From Oceanispirochaeta sp. (GTDB lineage: Bacteria > Spirochaetota > Spirochaetia > DSM-2461), in assembly GCA_963666275.2 (NCBI GenBank), contig CAXXOA010000003.1:160001-224000 (forward strand): a stretch of DNA of 64,000 nucleotides, given 5' to 3'. Below are positions 35,831 to 45,214 of the stretch, one piece after another. Both the position numbers and the translations under genes were made by a program. The number at the start of each line of letters is the position of its first letter. Position 1 is the first letter of the stretch. The notes beneath the pieces were generated by a model. That model had not been told where the DNA came from. It was given only the letters and a program-made list of their open reading frames with translations, and did not search any database.

Positions 35831-37847
35831 CGTTCTTGCCCTCCACTCCTTTAATACCTTGTAGAATGAGTAAAATAATCTCATCAATAAACTTACTATT
35901 GAAAAGTATTCGGTTTTCCTCTTCTGAAAGTCCATTGTTTTCTGAAAGACCTGCGATTCCAATATTACTTATTTCTTGTACAATTGATTCATAGCTAATA
36001 TCTTTCTCTTCTGAATCTAACTCAAATAAGTCACTAATTTCTTTGTAGCCAGCGTTATGATGTAATTGCCACTCTTTTGTTAATTCTTCAGGAATAGTAC
36101 CACTTACTAATAATTCACATACCTTGGATGTAACACCTCCAAAACCTCCAAGCAAATACAATGGTTTTTTTTCTCTTAAAGAAATAATTATTTCCTCGAA
36201 AACACCAGGATACTTACCCTTGTAACCAGAAAAGCGACCTCCTGCAGAAATTCGATAATTGCACTGCCCAATCATTTCTTTACGCATCTTAGTTAAACAT
36301 AGACTCCATGCAAAGCAGTTTATCGCACCGACAGGACGTAGAAATATTTCTTTATCATGGTTTTTCTGGACTTTTTCTGATGGCTCAACCTTAATAATTT
36401 TTACCACCTTATTATTTTTTGCATTCCAATCCAAAGTAGGTTCATCAATATTTGTGTAAATAGGCCATGCTAAATAATTTTGAATTTTTGGCGTGGATGC
36501 CTGTAATCGATCTTGCACAACTTTTGCCTCTTCGCAAAGAAATTCTGAAAATCCTCCTGGACGAAGATCACCACCATAAACAACAGTAGCATCTCGAAAA
36601 AGTAAATGGCGTGCAATAGTTTGAGATAGAGAAATCAAATGTTTATTAGTTTGCCCAATATTTAGCAATTCCTCAGGTTCAGGATCTGATATAGATATTC
36701 CTATCGAAATTCCAGCAAAGGCTTTTAACTCCAATGTAAGGGGAGTACAAGCAATAATTCCTAATGGTTCAATACATTTATGCTCTATTCCATATACTGG
36801 AGGATCGGGATAAATGATTTTTGAGAACTTAGAATATATTGAGTCTCCGGAATTTGAAAGTAAATTGGTTATGTCAGACAATTCTGGAGGTCGGACCAAT
36901 AACATCGTTGATCCGTCATCATGTATACTTAATAAATCTTTGTAATAATTGATTTTTAGTGTTTCGAGTAGTGCGGTCTCAAGAATAGTATGTATATCAA
37001 GCTCAGAGATAGGTAAGCTAGAGTCTAAATGAACAGATGGTACATTGACAGAATGTGGAAATGCTCGATCTTCGTTTACTTTTAAATAGTTCACAACGAT
37101 TATTGGGAGACTATTCTCTTTGGCTATTAATATCTCTTTTTGACACCAATATCTCATAGAATAATTATCAGATTGAATTGAAATCAATGTGGAATCTTTT
37201 ACGGAATTTTCAATTTCATCTTCAAAATCATGAGAAATATGGATATCATATGCATCGTAAAAACGATGCATTAACGTATTATCAATAAATGATTTTAGTG
37301 ATTTAGCCGTTTCAACGGCCCAATCATCGTATTTCGTATGACTTAAAAATAACTTTATAGCACTATCATTACCTGGAATGTTTCCACCGTTAGAAAAAGC
37401 AAATCGATAGATTTCGTGAGTTGCTGAAATGAAAAACTGTTGGGTAATATATTGTTTGTCAAAGTCATAAAGCCTTATAAAATTTAACTTTTCATATTTC
37501 TTATTCAACCCAAATCCGAATTCTGAGTTAATAGCAATTGGAATAACTTGTTGGTCATCAACGGAAAGAAATGTGTCATAATAAGCTCTCCAATCAACAT
37601 TCCCAGTCACATACTTGTTGGAGAAACAAAAAATTATAGTTTTTTTTGCTTTTGAATCAATTCTTTTGGGTATAGCATTGTCATTCGAAGTTCGAAAGAA
37701 TACAGGAAGATTCATACTTCTAGAAAATGGTCTTGAAATATCTTTTTGAAATCTGTCAAAACAATACTCTACTAAAGGCTTTACAATAGCTTCATCAGCT
37801 GAATGCCAAACAAAATAGATTGCAAGTGGCTGCCTAAAAATTTGCAT
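35823..37847 (-). CDS. TIR-SLOG fusion protein (N-terminal TIR-like region, central TIR, C-terminal SLOG)
   Basis: KLFLSHTK.D...RYWCQKEI (TIR with catalytic Glu); VYGGDLRPGGF, LTKMRKEM, AGGR..GY.GKYPGVFEE, PLYLLGGFGG (SLOG). Confidence 0.82.
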   Translation of the reverse strand: MQIFRQPLAIYFVWHSADEAIVKPLVEYCFDRFQKDISRPFSRSMNLPVFFRTSNDNAIPKRIDSKAKKTIIFCFSNKYVTGNVDWRAYYDTFLSVDDQQVIPIAINSEFGFGLNKKYEKLNFIRLYDFDKQYITQQFFISATHEIYRFAFSNGGNIPGNDSAIKLFLSHTKYDDWAVETAKSLKSFIDNTLMHRFYDAYDIHISHDFEDEIENSVKDSTLISIQSDNYSMRYWCQKEILIAKENSLPIIVVNYLKVNEDRAFPHSVNVPSVHLDSSLPISELDIHTILETALLETLKINYYKDLLSIHDDGSTMLLVRPPELSDITNLLSNSGDSIYSKFSKIIYPDPPVYGIEHKCIEPLGIIACTPLTLELKAFAGISIGISISDPEPEELLNIGQTNKHLISLSQTIARHLLFRDATVVYGGDLRPGGFSEFLCEEAKVVQDRLQASTPKIQNYLAWPIYTNIDEPTLDWNAKNNKVVKIIKVEPSEKVQKNHDKEIFLRPVGAINCFAWSLCLTKMRKEMIGQCNYRISAGGRFSGYKGKYPGVFEEIIISLREKKPLYLLGGFGGVTSKVCELLVSGTIPEELTKEWQLHHNAGYKEISDLFELDSEEKDISYESIVQEISNIGIAGLSENNGLSEEENRILFNSKFIDEIILLILQGIKGVEGKNGG

Positions 37848-38435
37848 TTAATAACTCCACTTTGTTTGAGACTCTGATCGATTATTAGCAAATGACGGAT
37901 AACTGTTATCTGGAATATCAATTTTTCGTCTATTAAAAGCATCATCTATCCAATTTTGCACTATATATGGATTAATATCCCAATTATATATTTTTGCGTA
38001 GCCGCACTTTATATTATCATATAAGCGAGGTGGAATAGTGAAGGGGTTATATTGACCACCATTCTCACAACTTTTGTTTTCCCATGAATACTCACAATTA
38101 TAGGATGGTAAGAGTATTCCTATTAACCCTGTACGACTATTATACTGGGTTTTCCTGATACTAGAGGAAATTTCCCAGTCTACATGTTTTCTTTTCCACG
38201 TATCTTTACCAATCAAGACAATAGCAACTGTAGCGTCTTTTATAAATTTATCGCGTATTTGCTGACGTATAGTGTCGGTTTGCAATAAAGGGTTAATATC
38301 TCCTTCTTCAACTGATTTTGATATAAATCCATCAAATGAATTCGTGAATTTTTGAATAAATTGCTTTTTATAAGATTCATCATTTTTATGATGATAACTT
38401 ATGAATACTTTGTGTTTTTTTATCATTACATCCAC
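37848..38435 (-). CDS. ThsB-like TIR domain protein
   Basis: HKVFISYHH.ND, D.IRQ.IRD, VLIG..TW.RKHVDWEI.SS, PPRL.DN. Confidence 0.88.
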   Translation of the reverse strand: MDVMIKKHKVFISYHHKNDESYKKQFIQKFTNSFDGFISKSVEEGDINPLLQTDTIRQQIRDKFIKDATVAIVLIGKDTWKRKHVDWEISSSIRKTQYNSRTGLIGILLPSYNCEYSWENKSCENGGQYNPFTIPPRLYDNIKCGYAKIYNWDINPYIVQNWIDDAFNRRKIDIPDNSYPSFANNRSESQTKWSY

Positions 38436-39062
38436 CTATGATTGACCATCATATCTAATAAATTTCTCTTCTTGAAACATGGAAGGGAATCCAATTAGCC
38501 CATTATTATAGTTCTGTTGAATATATTCTAAAATTTGCAATGCGATCTTTTCATCCACATATCTGTGTCCTGGACCTCTTTTGCAAAGTTTTGTTGAAAT
38601 TTTTAATGGTATTTCAAACGCATCTTTCCCAAAGTAATAGAAATGACTTGAGATTAGTACCATGTCAGTAGTTGAAGTGTCTCGTTTCAAATTATGCTGA
38701 TTTATTTCGCCATTTTCGAGACTATGATGAGAATTATCTTGATGCCAATCACCATCATTTTTTTGGTGATATATATTGTCTCCATACATTTTCTTCAGAC
38801 TGCCATTCATCACCGGTTTTTTGTATTGAAAATCTGGATTTTTGTAGTATTCATTAAATGTCATTTTGGCCGTTACTTGCATAGTATAAATCAACCTAGG
38901 CGATTGTTGGTGTATGATGGATGATGTGCCAAATATCCAGTCGCCTATTTTTGCACTCTTTCTAATACTCGGCTTACAAGTTGCTAAAGTGCAATGTTTT
39001 CCAAATGGATTGGGTGCAAAACCAAAATCTCGAGGTATAACATATGAATAATACATAGCCAT
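38436..39062 (-). CDS. Nucleotide modification associated domain 2 (Nmad2)-like protein
   Basis: YSYV..RD.GFAPNPF...CTLATCKP.IR..A..GDWI.G, GDNIY, VLIS..FYYFG. Confidence 0.75.
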   Translation of the reverse strand: MAMYYSYVIPRDFGFAPNPFGKHCTLATCKPSIRKSAKIGDWIFGTSSIIHQQSPRLIYTMQVTAKMTFNEYYKNPDFQYKKPVMNGSLKKMYGDNIYHQKNDGDWHQDNSHHSLENGEINQHNLKRDTSTTDMVLISSHFYYFGKDAFEIPLKISTKLCKRGPGHRYVDEKIALQILEYIQQNYNNGLIGFPSMFQEEKFIRYDGQS

Positions 39063-39532
39063 TAACAATTGCTCCTGCCAATCCCATATCTACTTTGCCA
39101 AGGGCCATTCCCTTCAGAATTATCAAAGTCATTGCAAATTCCGTTTATTGCATCAATAATTTTTCCTGAATTCCACCCTACTAAAGCATCTCCAAATTTC
39201 TGGAAAGATTCTGGGACATCGGAATCCTTTGCTCCTTGCATAAAAACTCCTACAATAGGCTTTCCTTGTTTTGCTGCCTGCTCAATTTCCCAATTAACCC
39301 ATTCTCTAGTATGCGTTTGCGGACCGATCAAGACAACTGTTGTTCCCGCCCAACTTATTCCATCTCTCAATAATCCTTTAATGTATTCAGGGTTTTTTGC
39401 ATCATTAGGCTTTGTGCTATCAATTGAACTATTCCTCAGAGTATAACCTTTATCGCCGAGCATCTTCTTTAAAGCTTGAACGCTTTCATCATCCTTTCCA
39501 TAATGGCTGATAAACACATTTTTATTCTTCAT
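39062..39532 (-). CDS. ThsB-like (MTH538-type) TIR domain protein
   Basis: NVFISH..KD, ISWAGTTVVLIG..TH.REWVNWEIE.A...GK.IVGV. Confidence 0.88.
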   Translation of the reverse strand: MKNKNVFISHYGKDDESVQALKKMLGDKGYTLRNSSIDSTKPNDAKNPEYIKGLLRDGISWAGTTVVLIGPQTHTREWVNWEIEQAAKQGKPIVGVFMQGAKDSDVPESFQKFGDALVGWNSGKIIDAINGICNDFDNSEGNGPWQSRYGIGRSNC

Positions 39533-40152
39533 CAATATCCTCCTTTCAAGAATAAAGAATTTAATGATGGATTGTGAAACTTTATACCATTTTGCTTATG
39601 CGTTTTTGAATACAATGCAAGAGCCCAATCATGAAGGAAATCATTTTCAGATTCAAAAAATTCTTCAGATTCTCGCATCCTAATAGATTTTTCCCATTCT
39701 TCAAGTTTTTTTAATTGTTGATCAAAAGATGTTAGCGACTCAAATTTACTTTTGTACACATATGATTCATTTGAGCATGAAACCACTTTGCTTAAAGATA
39801 CTATCTTTTCTCTAAATTCTTCATAATAATGAAGATTATTTGTGATATGGTAATAAGAGCCAATTTCATAACCCAAAATTCCAGCAAAATATTCTAGCAT
39901 GAACATGTTATTAAACATATTAATACCAGTTGCACCCCAAAGAAAATCATTAGATCTCATATGAACATAAAGATTTAGCTTTCCTTGAACATCTCGAATA
40001 AACTGGATAGATCTAGTGCATGGGAAATCTTTTGTCTCCTTGATTATACCATTATTAAAACAATCTTTGACTGGATCACCTATATCAATTATTGCCTGTC
40101 TTGTGAACGCATCACGTTTAAAAGACTCAATTACATAACTAAACTGTAAGCG

Positions 40153-41724
40153 TCAAATAAACACAGGCCCTTTATCAGCCGTAATGTTATCTTTTAAATT
40201 CCATGGTAATAATTCTTCCCATTCTTGTTCATTATTGATGAACGGAGCTTTAGAGAAAACATAATGCAGATAATCAAAGGGATTCAAATTATTTTGTTTT
40301 GCAGTCTCAATCAGAGAATACATCCCGCAGGAACTGTCTGCCCCTTTGGGATTCCCGGAAAATAGCCAGTTTTTCCTCCCCAGAACAAAAGGACGAATAG
40401 CATTTTCACTGCCATTATTATCCGGAGTCAGATAAGGACTTTCCAGATATCGGATCAAATAATCCCATTGATTCAATGCATAATGAACAGCCTTACCTAA
40501 AGCACTTTCAGGTAAAACATTTTCAGCCCTTTTATCCAACCATTGTTTAAATTTTTCAAGAATGGGTTCGGCCTTGCTTTTCCGTTGTTCCTGGAACTCT
40601 TCAGGAGATAATTTCTTACTCCTTAGATCATTTTCCAAGGCATAGAGCTTCTTGATATGCTTGATTCCTTCCAGAGCACTTTTAGATTTTTTACTGGCTT
40701 TATCAGCCTCAAAGAACTTCCTTCTGGCATGTGCAAAGCAGCCTACCAGATGTATATCGGGATTGCCTTCTACCGCGGTTTTGTATCCTTGATATCCATC
40801 GGTTTGCAGATACCCTTTAAAACTAGTGAGAAAATTCTTTGCATATTCCGATGCCCGTGTTGGATGGTACTCATAATAAACAGCTTGTTGTCCCGGAGGA
40901 CCGCCTCTGGACAGCCACATATAGGATTTCTGTTTGTTATCCCGACCTGGTTCATTCAGAACCTGTACGGTTGTTTCATCCATTTGGATCACCGGACCGG
41001 ATTTTATGTGGGTTTTCAGCAGTTCAAAGAGAGGGAGAAGAGCTTCATAAGCCTTTTTCTGCCAATTACTCATATTCTGACGGCTGATTCGGGCTCCCAT
41101 ACGCTCAAACCGCTTTTCCTGTCGGTAAAAAGGAAGATGGTCCACGTACTTGTTTACCATCAGAAATGCCAACAGACCGGGAGTGACAATCCCTTTGGGG
41201 ATGATGGAAGGCTCCGGAGGGGCAATCTTTACAGCAGGAACATCTTCATCGGCGGTTCCTTCGCAATTACCACAGGCATATTTTAACCGGACAATCCGTT
41301 CTACCCAGATACGGGGAGGGATCACATGCAGTTTCTCAGAGATTTCTTCTCCGATTTTTTTCAGTTCTGTTCCGCAGGCACAGTTTTTTTCATCTTCAGG
41401 AATATCAATAATCCGTTCTTTGCGGGGAAGGTTCTCATCCAGAGGCTTTCTGCCTGTTTTCTTACGCTTGTAAGAATCTATTTGCTGTTCTTCCGAACAG
41501 TCTTCCTCAGGAGTCTGTGGTTCATCAGAATCAAATAATTCAATCTGATCAGGGATATTTTCTGCTCTTCGACCGAATTGACGATGCAATGCCAAGGCCA
41601 ACTTCTCTTCAAGAAGCTGATATTTCTTTTCCCAGTTCTGATTCTGGGCTTCTGATTCAGCAAGTTGCTTTTTCAGAGATAAAAATTCTTTTTGTGCTTC
41701 CAACGGAAGAGAGGAAATATCCAT
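40153..41724 (-). CDS. tnpC: IS66 transposase
   Basis: HLPFYRQ, MDET, GCFAHARRKF, DNNGSENAIR. Confidence 0.95.
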   Translation of the reverse strand: MDISSLPLEAQKEFLSLKKQLAESEAQNQNWEKKYQLLEEKLALALHRQFGRRAENIPDQIELFDSDEPQTPEEDCSEEQQIDSYKRKKTGRKPLDENLPRKERIIDIPEDEKNCACGTELKKIGEEISEKLHVIPPRIWVERIVRLKYACGNCEGTADEDVPAVKIAPPEPSIIPKGIVTPGLLAFLMVNKYVDHLPFYRQEKRFERMGARISRQNMSNWQKKAYEALLPLFELLKTHIKSGPVIQMDETTVQVLNEPGRDNKQKSYMWLSRGGPPGQQAVYYEYHPTRASEYAKNFLTSFKGYLQTDGYQGYKTAVEGNPDIHLVGCFAHARRKFFEADKASKKSKSALEGIKHIKKLYALENDLRSKKLSPEEFQEQRKSKAEPILEKFKQWLDKRAENVLPESALGKAVHYALNQWDYLIRYLESPYLTPDNNGSENAIRPFVLGRKNWLFSGNPKGADSSCGMYSLIETAKQNNLNPFDYLHYVFSKAPFINNEQEWEELLPWNLKDNITADKGPVFI

Positions 41725-41765
41725 AAGAGAATTTTAACAAAGACTGGAATTTGAGTAAATTCCTT

Positions 41766-42113
41766 TCAGGCAATTTCTGAATATTTCAATGTTTCGTGGG
41801 CTTTCCAGAAGTCTATACCCTTCAGAAGCATAGAGAGTTCTTCAAAGCTGATGGCTTTAGCAGCTTCTTCCGTATCTGGCCAGGGGAAGCGGTGCTTCTC
41901 CAGACGCTTCTGCCAGAGGCAGAAGCCTGTCTGATCCCAGTAAAGGGCTTTCAGAATCCGTCTCTGTTTATTACAGAACATAAAAAGAGAGCCGCAAAAA
42001 GGATCAAGAGACATTTCATCCTGAACTTCTACCGCCAAACCATTAATAGCTTTCCGCATATCGGTAACACCGGGTCGGATAAATATCTTGATTTGAGAGA
42101 AATCCTTAATCAT
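41766..42113 (-). CDS. tnpB: IS66 accessory protein
   Basis: TDMRKAINGL, LYWDQTGFCLWQKRLE. Confidence 0.95.
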   Translation of the reverse strand: MIKDFSQIKIFIRPGVTDMRKAINGLAVEVQDEMSLDPFCGSLFMFCNKQRRILKALYWDQTGFCLWQKRLEKHRFPWPDTEEAAKAISFEELSMLLKGIDFWKAHETLKYSEIA

Positions 42114-42408
42114 TGCACTGTACCAGGGTCTGAAGCAGTTTTTTCAATGTGATTGTATCAAAGTTCCGATCCAGTTTTATCCGGTAGGCATTCCATTGTA
42201 ACTCAATGGATGAGCCTTTGACTGTTTCCTTGGGCAATTTAACAGGAACTTCAACCAAGGATGGAGTTTTACGGTCATACCGCTTTTGCCATCCGTGGAA
42301 AGTCGTTGTTTTCAGTTTTTTATCCCGGCAGAACTGACTTACAGATTTTCCGGACTGTTTCCACTCTGCCAAAAGAGCGTAGCGCTGATCCATTGTGTAT
42401 TGTTTCAT
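42106..42408 (-). CDS. tnpA: IS66 accessory HTH protein
   Basis: WKQSGKSVSQFCR....TTFHGW. Confidence 0.88.
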   Translation of the reverse strand: MKQYTMDQRYALLAEWKQSGKSVSQFCRDKKLKTTTFHGWQKRYDRKTPSLVEVPVKLPKETVKGSSIELQWNAYRIKLDRNFDTITLKKLLQTLVQCND

Positions 42409-42880
42409 AGTAATTCTCCTGATGGAGATTGTACCGGGATGACTTGGAGATTTTTAGATGCGGTTTATTTGACGCTTACACTAAACTGATCGATTATATC
42501 CTGAGCACTATTATTTTGAGTATAACCAATCTGATAATCTGTATTTTCACCATTAAATTTTCGAAAACGTGGACCATATCCTGCTCTCATCCAGATACCA
42601 TCATCTGAAAACTGTTTTAAATTATTGCAATAGTAAGAGCTCATTTCAATGTCATTTCTACCAGCAGCTAGCCATAGAGACTCTGCAAATGGTAGATATT
42701 TATTCCATTCTCTTTCGGGTACAGTAATGATTCTTGCACAAGGATTTGATATTTGTACAATGATAGGTTCAGGTAATTCGTAACAAACTTTCCCACGAGT
42801 CGCTCGCTTTACACCTTCTTTCAGAAGAACTGCTGACATTTTTACAAGAAACTCATTTAAACTATCGTATTTAAATTTTG

Positions 42881-43861
42881 TTACATCCATTCGTTCACCT
42901 GGGGATAGTTAAGATTCCATTTTGGTGGAAAAAATAAATCTATCTTTGTTTGATTTATTTTAAATTTCTGTTTAATTCTTTTATTACCTACAGATAATTC
43001 TGGTAATTTTACTCGAAGGAATTTATCTGTTTCACAAAAACAATTTTGAAGATCAATGAGAGTAGGTTCTCTTCCAAATAAATTATTAAAATAATAGCCA
43101 TACTTTTCTCTATATTTTTCAATATTATCAGCTGTGTAACGAATTGCATCCTCGTAACTATAACCATCAAGATCAGAAAAGCACTTCTTTATACCACGGA
43201 TTGCACCAATTCCAGCTTTTACAAATGAATTCTCATCAAAATCAAATACATCAGAATAATTGAGGTCAATTGCGTATTGGTATGCTAAAAATGGACCTAT
43301 AAATGAACACTTAATAAGTATTTCGTACAGCTCTTTTAATGTTTTACACTTTAGCATCTTGTTAATTACTGGTGTATCAATAATTTCTGTTTTAAGCATT
43401 TGAAGCCATTTCTCATGCTTATAAAAATACCCTTTAGTATAGTTTCGGTGTGTACCTGTCATCAAATATGCTGCACTGAATATTGGACGATTCTTAATCC
43501 TTTCACTCAGGATATTCGATATTTCAGTAATATTGAAATTCTGAGTTGTGATAAATCCTAAATTATGCTCAATAAATTCCCAAGTATCGATTCTGTTGAA
43601 AATTTTAAAAAGAAGAATACGTAGAATTGTATCTTGAGCAGAAAAGTTACCCTTAGGAGAATAAATTACTTGGCGAACAAGATATTGACTAACCCGATCG
43701 CAAACACGATATACATTTGTAAATTTATACTCTGATAAAATGGGATCTGTAGTCAGATTGTTAAATTGATTGCAGGTTTCATTGTATCTATGCCAGAATA
43801 TATTCATTCGTTCTTGCATGAAATAAAAATAGTATTGAAATGCTTCATCACGAATCTTCAT
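42881..43861 (-). CDS. 5-hmdU DNA kinase-like / aGPT-Pplase1-family DNA base hypermodification protein
   Basis: ERMNIFW.R, T.DPIL..YKFTNVYR..DRVSQY, LFKIFN, IGPFLAYQY.IDLNYS, G.GA.RG, D.QNCFCE.DK; ATG 43861 after AGGA. Confidence 0.78.
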   Translation of the reverse strand: MKIRDEAFQYYFYFMQERMNIFWHRYNETCNQFNNLTTDPILSEYKFTNVYRVCDRVSQYLVRQVIYSPKGNFSAQDTILRILLFKIFNRIDTWEFIEHNLGFITTQNFNITEISNILSERIKNRPIFSAAYLMTGTHRNYTKGYFYKHEKWLQMLKTEIIDTPVINKMLKCKTLKELYEILIKCSFIGPFLAYQYAIDLNYSDVFDFDENSFVKAGIGAIRGIKKCFSDLDGYSYEDAIRYTADNIEKYREKYGYYFNNLFGREPTLIDLQNCFCETDKFLRVKLPELSVGNKRIKQKFKINQTKIDLFFPPKWNLNYPQVNEWM

Positions 43862-43934
43862 TGTCTTTCCTAAAATACTTTTGTATTTGTAACCTGATGT
43901 TTTAACTTTTCTCAATCTTTACGATATCAAATAT

Positions 43935-44112
43935 ATACATAACTATCTGATCACCTGCGGCCCGGCCTGGCCGAAGGACAGGTATTGGCGTTCTTCTTGC
44001 CAACATGGTAAAACATCTTTACCATATTGAGAAGCGATTATTTACTATTGAGTGGGAATATCAGCAAGAAGTATGACAATAGGGGTGACTGGTGCATCAG
44101 CATGTTATGTGA
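43935..44112 (-). repeat. attC site (intact, long)
   Basis: Top strand AAC-atgct-gatGcaccagTc ... gcaggtgatc-agata-GTT. Confidence 0.8.
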
Positions 44113-44196
44113 GCTTCCTTGGAGCAATTTTGCCCTAGATTCATATTTAATATTAATATTTACATTGTTTTCTATTGATCAACAGAGGACTGATTT

Positions 44197-44487
44197 ATGA
44201 AGAATAAGATAAAGATCTTCTTTTTAAAAATATTTCTTTACATGATCGGCATTTATGATTTCATGATGCTTCTATATGCGCTAGCAGTTATATTTCTAGG
44301 TGGGAATGGTATTACAGGGCTAAACAACATGCTCATAAAAACAGGGGGCAGTTATCGAGGTGTTGACCATTCTGTTGGTGCTGTAGTCATTGTTACTTTA
44401 ATAGTTCAAATTATGCTTATCAAAATAATTATTAGTAAAATAAAGGAATTAGAAGTTGATGTTAAAAAGGATATTTCTGATAACTAG
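44197..44487 (+). CDS. Cassette 6 small membrane protein (inverted relative to array)
   Basis: 96 aa, two TM segments, GAGGA RBS. Confidence 0.6.
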   Translation: MKNKIKIFFLKIFLYMIGIYDFMMLLYALAVIFLGGNGITGLNNMLIKTGGSYRGVDHSVGAVVIVTLIVQIMLIKIIISKIKELEVDVKKDISDN

Positions 44488-44557
44488 GTTTCTGTCTATT
44501 CATGAATTCCATGATAAGCTTATGTTAACTTAATTTTGTCGGCTAAGGAGTTATTCA

Positions 44558-44836
44558 ATGGTAACTGAATATGACATATCTAACATTCTACCTAGACTCA
44601 TAGGATCACTTAAAGAGATTTATGATCAAGAAATTCAGAATGGAAACACTGTAGTTGAGATTGCTGGAGGATGGCCTATGAAAAGGGTAAATATCTGGTT
44701 TGCAAAACCAATATCCTCTAAATATAAAAAACAGTTTCCTGATCTTATATATAAGTATCTAGGAGATCCAAAAGGAGATCTGGAATACTATATGGATAAA
44801 TTGAACGAAGCATTCATCGCTGCCAAGTTCTCATAA
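44558..44836 (+). CDS. Cassette 6 hypothetical protein
   Basis: 92 aa, AAGGAG RBS. Confidence 0.65.
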   Translation: MVTEYDISNILPRLIGSLKEIYDQEIQNGNTVVEIAGGWPMKRVNIWFAKPISSKYKKQFPDLIYKYLGDPKGDLEYYMDKLNEAFIAAKFS

Positions 44837-44879
44837 TGTACGTTCTGTCAATTATTGGTTTATATTAAAGGAAAAAATA

Positions 44880-45098
44880 ATGACACTTTCGGAAAAATTA
44901 CAAATTGTATTCTTTTCACTATTGCTATTAAATTTTTTTGTTGTTTTTATTAAGCATTGGAAAAAATCAATAAATAATATTTATGACATCAGAAATCAGC
45001 AAATTAGGCCTATAAAAAGCAATATTAAAATGCCGTCATTGAAAATTACTGTAATCCTTTTAATCATAAATTTTATATTACTAGTTATCAGATTTTAA
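44880..45098 (+). CDS. Cassette 6 small membrane protein
   Basis: 72 aa, two hydrophobic segments, AAGGA RBS. Confidence 0.5.
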   Translation: MTLSEKLQIVFFSLLLLNFFVVFIKHWKKSINNIYDIRNQQIRPIKSNIKMPSLKITVILLIINFILLVIRF

Positions 45099-45214
45099 TT
45101 TAGGGGAAATACTTAACATTGTCCCCATAATCGGTTACCGACAATCACCTATTCTGTCACTTTAGAATTTTTAAATTAACAAATTTATACTGAAAACTAC
45201 AAAAATTTTGAGTC

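Larger units (their letters stand above)
40146..42479 (-). mobile_element. IS66 family element B (2334 bp), distinct from element A
   Basis: IRs GTAAGCGTCAAATAAAC / GTTTATTTGACGCTTAC; 8-bp duplication ACTAAACT. Confidence 0.95.
39532..42890 (-). pseudogene. Thymidylate synthase-family enzyme (dUMP hydroxymethylase-like), split by IS66 B
   Basis: AESLWL..GRND, FSDDG...AGYGPR N-half; after removing IS + duplication reads TRQAII.I.DP, KDFPCT, MRSNDFLWG..GIN, NLHYYE; restored length 1017 bp in frame. Confidence 0.85.

Noticed and set aside
35823..39532. Canonical Thoeris (ThsA/ThsB)
   Set aside because: No SIR2-SLOG or macro-TM ThsA is present. SLOG is fused to TIR and the block is embedded among base-modification genes.
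45105..45150. Small inverted repeat ATTGTC..CGGTTACCG..GACAAT after the last cassette-6 gene
   Set aside because: Lacks attC geometry and a U-tract; function unclear, evidence too thin.
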